A stretch of DNA of 64,000 nt from Octopus sinensis (taxonomy: Eukaryota). Below, piece by piece: positions 53,485 through 64,000 of this stretch (positions are counted from its first letter, which is position 1; each line of letters starts with the position of its first letter). The notes below the pieces were generated by a model. The model made no database searches. It had not been told where the DNA came from and saw only the letters and a program-made list of their open reading frames with translations. A program made the translations under genes and the position numbers. The DNA is taken from positions 30,380,001-30,444,000 of the forward strand of contig NC_043007.1 of the NCBI RefSeq assembly GCF_006345805.1, in the 5' to 3' direction.

Positions 53485-53516
<32 letters not shown>

Positions 53517-54799
53517 GTCATTGTGTTTGTTCACTTTTCCGGAACTCGGCTAAAGAACCAGATATAGAATCAAAAATAATACATACTCAGGTTAAAGATT
53601 CAATCCAGTGACAAAAACAAGCACAAGATAACAAGCAAAAGCTTAGGCAAGGGTTTTCATTATAATATTGTAATATAAGATATTTAACGAAATAAAGATT
53701 ATTGCAAGAAATTCTTACTGAATATTTCCTTATATGTTCGATATTAGTACGATACAAAAGCTAAGTAAAGTTTCTGTAAGAAACAATTCTGATAACAAAA
53801 ATAGAACAAACACACTTTAAGTGACTTTCGTTGTTCTGGAGCAGTATCTGTGACCTCTATAGAAATAACAACCTCTTGAATAAAAATAGACAAAAATGTA
53901 TGTAATTTTAACATTTAATGTAAAATCTACATCTGCGTACTTTTAATTATTATTATTTTTCGTCATTTCAGATATAATTCATTGCTAAATATTCCAAGCG
54001 GATACCAAAACGTTGCTCATGTTTTCTGTTTTTGGTGAAAATATTCCCATCGGTTTGTATATTCTATATATGTAACGAACGGAAATTCACGTTTAAAGGG
54101 AAGCCGTAAAATGAAAAATAGCAACATATGTTGCGATATCTCTGAAAGTAAATCTTTGGATTGTCATTTATTCTTCTGATGCAGAACATTGAAGTTAATC
54201 TACAAATATTTGCCAAATTCCTCACATCAATTGGTGATGATTTACTTCTTATTTATAGAGGAATTTCTTGAATTCAGAATCTCAGATGGATTCACACAGA
54301 ATACCAAGATTTCAGAATAAGCACTACAAAGAGATGTCTTTAAAAATCCTGTAAAAGGAAACGTTGTCATGGGAACCCGATATTATTCGTTATAATTCTT
54401 TCGTAAAATCAATAACCTTCACTATAACATTCCGTATCTTTGAAAAGAATGATTGTTATGGTTTATAATACAACAGCAACAACAAATATTAGTAGTGTAT
54501 CAATGGCATAAGTGAAGGAAAAGCGCTTTGTGTATACATTCGCCAGCGGAGAGAAAGCTAGGTCGTCAGAGGAAAGAAATTAGGGCGAAAAGATAGAAAA
54601 CGACAAGAATACTAACGAAAATAGCAACAAAGATCATAACAATAGCACCAATAATAGCAACAGTAATAAATGTTTTACACACAACAACACAATTAATAGA
54701 AATATTACGAGGATTAAAAGACGCATAAAATATAACACACACACACACGCACATATGCATATATAAAATTTATCTGCAACTGAAGACAAAGAATAAAGA

Positions 54800-55217
54800 A
54801 TGAATATGGAGAATCTATTAAATTTAACTTCATTCCTAGAAGACGGAAATGATATGAACATGAATAGTGTCACCGAAGACGGCAGATTCGAATTCGACGA
54901 CGGAAATGTTACAAGTATACCGGAAGTTGTTCGAGGTGGCAACTTTTCTCGGCGATTAATCATAGACATCGGCATTGAATTAAGGATAACATTTCATGCG
55001 CTCATTTTTATATTAGCTGTGACCGGAAACTCGTTGGTTATTACAGTTTTAGCAAAGAACAAAAGGATGAGAACCGTTACCAATGTATTTCTTTTGAATT
55101 TGGCTATAAGTGACCTTCTATTAGCCGTCTTCTGCATACCGTTCACTTTGATTCCAGTTATCTTGAGGAACTTCATCTTTGGTCCCGTTATGTGTGTATT
55201 GGTTCGTTATTTACAAG
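54800..55217 (+). CDS. CCKAR: Cholecystokinin/sulfakinin receptor-like class A GPCR, first coding exon (N-terminus, TM1, TM2, start of TM3)
   Basis: ATG at 54800; 139 codons plus 1 nt, then donor CAAG|GTAAG at 55217/55218 (phase 1). Translation has GN in TM1 (AVTGNSLV), NKRMRTVTNVFLLNLAISD, FCIPFTLIP and FIFGPVMC, closely resembling CCK receptors. N-glycosylation sequons at N8, N36, N48. No next exon (SVS...ERY) found up to 64000. The A/B paralog label is nominal for an invertebrate receptor. Confidence 0.93.
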
Positions 55218-57594
55218 GTAAGAATTTTGAAAATCTTTTTCCACAGACATCAAACTGCATCATCAAAGTGTATATTTACAATAGAAGATATATGTATTTT
55301 CTTCCAGTTCAGTTCAGCTTTAGGATGTATATTTTATAATATGCATATCTGTACTAGATTTCGAGTTGTTCCCCAAACATAAACAAGTGCCGTCTTTCAT
55401 ATGCACTCTAAAGAAAAGTGGTTTTGTATAGTTTTGTTAATGGCAACGGTTCGGCAGTATTTACATGGCTGCTGAGAATGGGTTTAGAAATCATTTCCTA
55501 GGTTATTCTAGAGAGTAGAGTCATGGTACAAATGCTTGAAACTAATTGAACTCTGCTAAATTCAACCAAACATCTAATTAAATCTACAACTACTAATGTA
55601 TTAAATTATTTCATTGAACGTTGATCATCTCAGAGCATCACATTTCAGACAGTATCTTATGCAGTACAGTTGATGTCTTTCTATGCTTCATCTGCTATTT
55701 TCTCTTTCCCTTCTTTTGTATTTTTCAAACACAAACGCGTATATGCTAGCATATACATCAACGCACAAATAAACACATACACACACAAATTCATTTGTGT
55801 ATACACTCATGTATTGTATTTCCTTTTTCGTTCTTGATATCAACATAAAAAAAGAGCAGTCTTCGTAGTTGCTGTTGTATCTCTTGTTATTTCCACAAGC
55901 ATTGGCCAAACACTAAAGTAATCCCTTCGCCGCTCTTCGATCTGCTGAAAATAGCAACCTAACCTCTCCTCAAGTCACTTCAAATTGAATGATATAGTCG
56001 TAAGTACACTCTAAAAAATGGGGCGTTCATATTTGGTATAACTTTGATCGTAGGTTTGACTAGAAAATAAACAACAGCAATAACAAGAACAGCAACATAT
56101 TCCTCGCTGCGGCCATTACTTCAACAATCGTTAACTAGTCTTGATGTTACACTTATTTTTCCACAACCACGTACCAACCACAGCCACAACTGCTTTCACT
56201 GTTTAGAATTCTATCAACGAAGACTAGAAATTTCATAGAAATCCAGCTAATCTAGTCATTGCCAACACAATATTTCTCCATTATATTTTGACTGACTGCC
56301 ATCTTTGTTCAAAAGGTGGTGACGCCAACTGTACTTGTTTTCTTGAGACAAGAAATTAAAATTAAACATTTGTAACTGACATTTGACATCACAGAGGAAT
56401 TCTGGGTCATAAATAATTGCTTTTTTTCTGAATTCATTTGCTTCAGTGCCGTTGAAAGTAAATTAATGATGACCCTAGATGGGTTTTTTTTCCTTATTTC
56501 TCTTTTATTATCAATATTTCGCAATTGTTCTCATAAAAGAAAATGCAAAACAGCAAGACAGAAAAAAAACCACAACCAAATTATTCCGTCCTGAGGCAAA
56601 ATTCTTCGGAAATTTACGAGAAATTATCATTGCTTTATTGTCAGAGAAAATATGACCAACATTGAGTTGTATCTTTAAAATAAAAATTCCAATCAAAGTT
56701 GAAAATAGCACTTTCAGTAGAATATTGGTCATGCATTATTAATATTGTTTCAAACAAAAACGGAATTAATGATAACATTGTTAATATATTCAAGAAAGGT
56801 GCCGTCATAAAAATGGATAAAATGATATCTAACTAGTGACGGCAACTCAATGAACACACGTGAGGATATCAACAACAACACGGAATTAATTTTGTTTATT
56901 ATCCATGAAAACGACTGACTTTGTACGATTAATTCTCAAAGTGGGTTACCAAAAAGAGCGAACCCACAGTCGAATTGGAGTGATACATCAAACGCAAGCG
57001 GTAAGGAATCAATAATTTATCTAAGACTTCTTCGATTAATTATAGAACGAAATGGCAACAATCGGACTAACAAGGTTAAAAACGAAATGTTTCAAATAAA
57101 TTATTACTTATGTCAGTTCAATCACCAACCTACCATAGATCGAACCACAGATTTAGGGATCAATATATGACTTGACACAGGATAGGAACTGGGAGGTGGG
57201 CCACGGTCCTGACATTAAAATATTTCTGCAAAGAAAACTGCCATGCAGTCACGTTTTCCCACAGGTATCAATGTTTATCTATCTATCTATTTATCTTTGT
57301 GTGTGTGTAGGGTGCTTATACCTATTGGTTTTCAATTATATATATATGAGTTTTACCCGAAAATATCACAAAGGAGGGATATAAATACGTTCCTTTCAAT
57401 TTTTACAAGTTAATAGAGTAACACTTCTACACAATTCAACGATTACTTTGCATCGTTGATGAACTGTTCTAAGCCAACGTCGAATTGTTATAACGTCCAC
57501 TCCTGCATAACAGTATATAAATTAACCATTAGGGTATATTTAGTATGCTGACCACTCATAAAATAATGACTTTATTCTAATTATATGTATCTTT

Positions 57595-57948
57595 TTTACT
57601 TGTTTCAGTCATTTGACTGTGGCTATGCTGGAGCACCGCCTTTAGTCGAGAAAATCGACCCCAGGACTTATTGCTTGTAAGCAATTCTATCGGTCTTTTT
57701 TGGCGAACCACTAAGTTACGGGGACGTAAACACACCACACTTGTTGGGAGAACAAACACAGACACATATATATATATACGACGGGTTTCTTTCGGTTTCC
57801 GTCTGCCAAATCCACTCACAAGGGTTTGGTCGGCCCAAGGCTATAGCAGAACACACTTGTCCAAGGTGCCATACAGTGGGACTGAACCCATAATCATGTA
57901 GCATGTGGTTGGTAAGCAAGCTACTTACCACACAGCCACTCCTGCGCC
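57595..57948 (-). mobile_element. SINE family A, full length, inside GPCR intron
   Basis: Matches 10256-10631. Confidence 0.9.
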
Positions 57949-58577
57949 TATATATATGTATAATGATTTCCCTGGGGTAGGCAAACGACATTCATAAGGG
58001 GATGTTAGCTCTCCATCTACTTATAATTTAGAATTAAGCTTTAGCTGATTACAAATAATGTATCACAAAATAACATGACTAACACAATCGCAACCATTAG
58101 CTTAGAGCCATCTCTGTTAGAAGCGATGCACACAGAGCTAGTTCTCCCGCAACATCTTAGCAACAGATGTAAGCGAATGAAAGAGATTATATAAAGCCTG
58201 TTCTTTTGTCATCCATTAACTCTCTCTCTCACACACACACACACGCACACACACACACACATATATATGTGTAGGTATATATATTCTCTGTGTAGTAAGG
58301 CTACCATTGGTTGTATATCTTAATATCTTAACAACCTTTCAAGCCCATCACACAAGGGAATGCTGTTCGTTTTCATTTTGGATGTTTTAATCCAAAGTTT
58401 GGTGTTTTAGTTCGAAATAGAGGCAAATACCATTTCTCTGAGTGATCGGATTCAAAAACTGTTGACCGTAAGATATTTTCGTAGCATGAAACCAATGGTA
58501 GCCTCAATACACAAATAAAGATTTTTTTATCCAACAATGCGATGTTAGGCACTTATTCTCTTTGGCCAACATTTACG

Positions 58578-58611
<34 letters not shown>

Positions 58612-58804
58612 TAATACATATATACATACATATATAATACTCGTAACCACTTCATCATGGCTGTTCGTTCGAACGGACTCTACTGCGATTTTTTAACCCC
58701 AAGAGTACATCTCTAACTGGTTAACGGTGCAGAGCTCTATCCGATAAATTGCGAGCAGGGAACCGAACTCCTGCCATCTCTTGCAGACGAGGTGACCGAT
58801 ATAT

Positions 58805-59264
58805 ATTTTTAAGTTCTTTGAGTCATTTATCCCGGTTTTCAGGATTTGATACAATCGTGCCTATTCTTCTTCTCACGTTAAAAGCTATGTTGATTTTAAA
58901 ATGCTTTGGAAGAGAATAACAGATATTGTTTTAGATGTTGCTTTAAGCTCGTTGAGTTAAGACAGATATCGGTTTCAATGTTAGCCTGTCTTTTTATGAT
59001 TAAAATGTCCAGAAAAAAGTAGCTGTTTGGGACTATTCCATTATAAATTGGATACTGTTGTTTATGTTGCTAATTAACCTTCTTAATTGCAAGAATTGAT
59101 CAAGTTTATGCGACCACAGAATGAAAGAATCATCCAGGTAGCGCTCCCAATTGGCGAGTAAGTATTTTTGGAAGATTCCACCAAATTTCAGTCTGGCGTA
59201 TTCGTATATTTGGACGCCATGTCAAGGTTAGCAAATGTAGGGGCGATCCTCGTTCCCGACGCAA

Positions 59265-59268
<4 letters not shown>
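58805..59268 (-). pseudogene. Decayed Penelope-like reverse transcriptase (catalytic core and thumb)
   Basis: EIASGTRIAPTFANLDM (cf. GTAMGTRMAPTYANLFM), WERYLDDSFILW (YLDD at 59129-59140), LLFLDILII, ETDI, KQYLLFSS, KINIAFNVRRRIGTIVSN. Confidence 0.85.
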
Positions 59269-59315
<47 letters not shown>

Positions 59316-59318
<3 letters not shown>

Positions 59319-59470
59319 GAGTAAACACATAAATGTGAAACAAGTGGAAAAAAGAGTACTCAAATACCAGTGGTAGAGTAATATGCTTTATTTTAAGCAG
59401 CAGAAAATTCAACAAAATCTGTTACTCTGAGTTTCTCGTTGCCGTCATCAGACAGTTTTTGCTAGAATGG
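59316..59470 (-). mobile_element. PLE pLTR-like repeat, HHR family 1, with about 70-nt tail
   Basis: Minus-strand fold at 59413-59462 (CUGAUGA-CG-GCAA-CG-A-GAAACUC-A-GAGUA-ACAG), then AATAAA and tail. Confidence 0.8.
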
Positions 59471-61256
59471 AACTTATATATTAATTCAATCTATACTCTT
59501 ACAAACGCTACACCTTTAAAAAGAAATGGACTTGTTTGATTGGCCCTTTAGAAAAAACGGTCAATCTTCGAGCGATAAACAAAAGGTCAAAATATATGTA
59601 TATATATAAAAAAACTTATAAAAATTATAAAATCCGAGGAAAAAACCGAGGAAAAAACCTATTGCCGTTAATGAAGACAGTACAAATTAATGCATAGAAA
59701 TTAAACCTGTTATAAATACTGCAATACATATTTATATTAAAATCCACATATATATATCAACATACACAAAAGGATGCGCGTAAACGCCATACATACATAT
59801 ACAGACGTATGAATATGAATCTAAATTATACACATAAAAGCATGTGTACATATATTCACGCAAACCGTCTCGCACGCAAGCTAAAATTCATCTATGTAGC
59901 AATTCTCATATACTGAGCAAGGAGGGGGAACGAAAGAAAGGGAAAGAGAGAAAAAGGAACGAAGGAGGGGTGGGGAAAAAACTTGTAACGATGATATTGG
60001 CATCTATAGAGGCTAGTATACATACACAAGTTTGAATTGATACATATACATACCGTCGTGTATATGTGTGCTTAAGCACAAGCATACTTTCGCTTACACA
60101 TACACAGATACGCATGCTTACAAAGAAGTGAGTTAATGAACTTATGTAGGCACGCGGCTAAATTTAAAATGTCGAATATAAATATACCATATGGATAGAG
60201 TATATATTTTGTATTTTTGATTTTTGATTTTGATTTTGACTCTTGAGCGCTACGACGGATTTATAGCAAAGTCTTATTGTTTCTACATATATATTAGGAA
60301 AAACCTACAAACTTTGTTTTCATGTTATTGTATTGCATAGGATTACCTTGATTATTTATAAATGACCCAAAATAGGATGTTATATTTTATTTTATATGTC
60401 TTTCGTATATATTTTTATTAATGCACCCATTTTTTAAAAGCAATGTTTTTTTTAAAAAAAAGCAATGTTGTCAAAATTAGAATGTTTATATAAGTTTGTG
60501 TATAGCAAAGCATATGTATTTGTAAGCATGCGTATCTGTGTATGTGTAAGTGAAAGTATGCTTGTGCTTAAGCACGCATAACACCGACGGTATGTATATG
60601 TATCAATTCAAACTTGTGTATGTATACTAGCCTCTATAGATGCCAATATCATCGTTACAAGTTTTTTCCCCACCCCTCCTTCGTTCCTTTTTTTCTCTCT
60701 TTCCCTTTCTTTCGTTCCCCCTCCTTGCTCAGTATATGAGAATTGCTACATAGATGAATTTTAGCTTGCGTGCGAGACGGTTTTGCGTGAATATATGTAC
60801 ACATGCTTTTATGTGTATATTTAGATTCATATTCATACGTCTGTATATGTATGTATGGCGTTTACGCGCATCCTTTTGTGTATGTTGATATATATATGTA
60901 GATTTTAATATAAATATGTATTGCAGTATTTATAACAGGTTTAATTTCTATGCATTAATTTGTACTGTCTTCATTAACGGCAATAGGTTTTTTCCTCAGT
61001 TTTTTCCTCGGATTTTATAATTTTTATAAGTTTTTTTATATATATATACATATATTTTTGACCTTTTGTTTATCGCTCGAAGATTGACCGTTTTTTCTAA
61101 AGGGCCAATCAAACAAGTCCATTTCTTTTTAAAGGTGTAGCGTTTGTAAGATTGAATTAATATATAAGTTCCATTCTAGCAAAAACTGTCTGATGAACGG
61201 CAACGAGAAACTCAGAGTAACAGATTTTGTTGAATTTTCTGCTGCTTAAAATAAAG
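59386..61256. repeat. Long inverted duplication: arms 59386-60124 and 60519-61256, 394-bp spacer
   Basis: Arms are reverse complements with a few transitions and small indels (roughly 97-98% by eye). Confidence 0.97.
61181..61229 (+). ncRNA. Minimal type-I hammerhead-like motif, intact core, sense to the GPCR pre-mRNA
   Basis: Same sequence as 45898-45946; CUGAUGA 61190-61196, GAAA 61207-61210, predicted cut after A61219. Confidence 0.7.
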
Positions 61257-61291
<35 letters not shown>

Positions 61292-62213
61292 GTGTGTGTG
61301 TGTGTATGTCTATATATGTATATGCGTAGTATTCTTACGCGCACGTGTGCGCGGCTGTACGTATGCTAGTAAGACTTGTATCTCTTCTCTCTGTTCTTTA
61401 TAAATTTCGAACTGTCCCTATTGCTTTCTTCTTCAAAACTAATAGAATGGAGCGTTATCTCAACCGTTTTACTTCTTTCACAAGTAGTAATTTAACAGAA
61501 GCGAGAAATACGTCGGCAGAAATGTATATGTAGATATCTTTGCTTAAATTCTTACAAGAGATTTGATAGCGAAGATAGCAATTCCATAAGCCAAAGCCAT
61601 ATTTTACTACCGCAAATCTCACACCAATGTCAAACACTTCATGAATTCAGTTAAATTCTTTCGCTCTTTTTCTGTTAAATTCTCTATTTATCAGCCAGAT
61701 AATATCCATTAAGATTTTGATGCTTCACTTGACGGTGAAATTATTCATGCTAATATGCTTTTATTTTCCATACCCCAACGGAACTCTATCCGCAATAAAA
61801 GGCGCGGAAGTAGGTGAGGTTAGACAATATAAGCTTCGTTATGTACCAAAGGGGAACGAAAGAAGGAAAGCAAAGAAGTCTTTTCTACTTGCTTCTTACG
61901 TTGGTTTAACACACACCATATAAAGAAGAGGAGGAGAATAGAAGAGAGAGAGGGGGAGGGGGGAATGGGAGAAACAAACAAGTGCACGAGCGTATATATA
62001 TATATATATATAAAACTATACACCAAGCCACAAATGAATATGTGCACGTGTTATATGCATATCTATAACAAATATATAAATATAGACATATGTGGTGTGT
62101 GTGTATATGTGTGTGGATGTACATATATACGCATGCATGCATGCATGAATAATGTATGTATATAAATTTGTATACACACACATCTATATATATATAAATA
62201 TATAAATATGTAT

Positions 62214-62267
<54 letters not shown>

Positions 62268-62881
62268 GTATTTTTTCTCCTCTTCTTGTCCGCTGTCATA
62301 CATCATGTGTGTACTTAACATTCGCATAGTCACATATGTGTATGTATGCATAAATGTATAAAGACAAGTATATATGTATTACAAAGAGAAAGATAGAGAG
62401 ATTGACAGAGAGAGAGAGGGGAGGAGGAAGGAGTTACAAAGGGGAGTGAGAGACGGAGACAGAGAATCGAGGGGCCAATACGATTTTACTGTATCACATA
62501 ACAAGCAATGATTTCGATGGTAATTCCGGTAAAGTTGAAAAGGAATATATTATCAAAGATGAACATAATATCGGAGAGAGAAGAGGCTGAATACATGAAT
62601 ATTAAAGCTACTCTATCTAACAGGTGAATGGAGAGTCTCTTCAAACGTAGTAAGACGCTGAATCAAATATTTACCTGTATATGTTAGGTGTAAGATAGAC
62701 ATTAAATGCATTTCGCCGAAGAATCTGAGAACAACAGTGTTTGTTTCAACTAGACAAAATTCATGTTGTAATCTATCCATCTGCAGCTTTCTTATCTTTG
62801 TATATAAAGTATTTCATAGTCTTGAGTAACACAAAGGATACAAAAGCATGTGATAATATTTGCTTCTGAGAAACATTGCAT

Positions 62882-62915
<34 letters not shown>

Positions 62916-63297
62916 GGGCCTCGTGCGTTTTTTTTTATATTATGGAGAATAAGATACAGATAGAGAACAAAGTGGAAGAGATAAAAAGTGAGATATTGTT
63001 AGAAATATAGAGCGGAATGAGAGGGAGTGAGAGAGAAAGAGACAGGTACAGGAGAGAGAGAGAGGGGAAGATAAGGGAGAGGATGAGTGGGAGAGGTGAA
63101 GAAATATTCCAACGTTCTTTATATCTATGTAAATAAACACAGAAATATAGAAAAAAAGCAATATGACTCAGAATCAATATCTGATTGGTTTTCATTACCA
63201 AGTCTAATATTTGTTTGATTTACTGCTCGGATGACTAGTGTGAATATGTCTGTCTGTCTGTCTATATCGCGAAATACACACATACACACACACACAC

Positions 63298-63329
<32 letters not shown>

Positions 63330-63401
63330 ATACTAGCACCCTTCGTCACTTAAGTGACGAATGCACTTGTTGCCTTTCGGTTGTAAATTGCAAATATCCA
63401 C

Positions 63402-63444
<43 letters not shown>

Positions 63445-64000
63445 TGTGTGTGTGTGTATGTATATTATATGTGTGTGTTTATATATAAGTACATGTATAT
63501 ATGTATATATACATACACATGTATGTGTGTATGTATATATATATATATATATATGTGTACAAATATGTATGTATTTATGAATGTATATATATAGTAATAC
63601 CCGATGTAAATGTTGGCTTGTTGGTCGGTTGATTATTCTCTTGCCTTCTCTGTACACGGTTTACACCGCGTACAGATAAGACAGCGGTTCATAGAGAGAG
63701 ACAGAAAGGAGAGAGAGATGATGATGATGATGATGAGTTATAGAGTCAGAGTAGGAAGAGGAAAGTGAGTGAATTTCTAACGCGCACCGTTTTCCTTTCT
63801 CAACATTATGAAGTGGTGACTGCAGGAATAAGAGGTGTTATGAAAAAAGAAATTAAAAGAAAAAACACAAAGATGAGGAAAAAAAAATATTTCCAAAATG
63901 GCCAATTCATTTCAATTTGCTCGCTTGTAAATGTTGAGCAAACTCGCAAGAAATACTTTTTGTTTGCAGTTTGGAAGGAGTTATCAATTTGCAAATTACT

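Noticed and set aside
55218-55339. Continuation of the GPCR ORF to 179 aa
   Set aside because: Read-through past the GTAAG donor; similarity ends at YLQG.
2464-63994. Most ORFs in the supplied track (YIYI, THTH, CVCV, LSIY runs)
   Set aside because: Translations of microsatellites and SINEs, not genes.
1-64000. CRISPR arrays, tRNA or rRNA genes, prokaryotic operons
   Set aside because: None seen; tRNA-like segments are SINE heads and no regularly spaced repeat-spacer array exists.

Overview
AT-rich, microsatellite-saturated eukaryotic DNA. The SINE families and (TA)n/(TATC)n load point to an octopod cephalopod (inference, not verified). One host coding exon is supported: the first coding exon (54800-55217, +) of a cholecystokinin/sulfakinin-type GPCR, followed by an intron that runs past the window end. 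Most ORFs in the supplied track are microsatellite or SINE read-throughs. The rest is mobile DNA: several tRNA-derived SINE families, a decayed hAT transposase, non-autonomous Helitron/HINE-like elements, MITE-like foldbacks, and four decayed Penelope-like element (PLE) coding fragments (two RT, two GIY-YIG). The main unexplained signal is about a dozen minimal type-I hammerhead-ribozyme (HHR) folds from about six short non-coding repeat families. Most have palindromic stem III, several have family-shared core variants, and several sit in inverted arrangements that put an antisense copy next to the ribozyme. The largest case is a 739-bp inverted duplication ending in HHR modules inside the GPCR intron. 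All folds and translations were done by eye; no activity is demonstrated.
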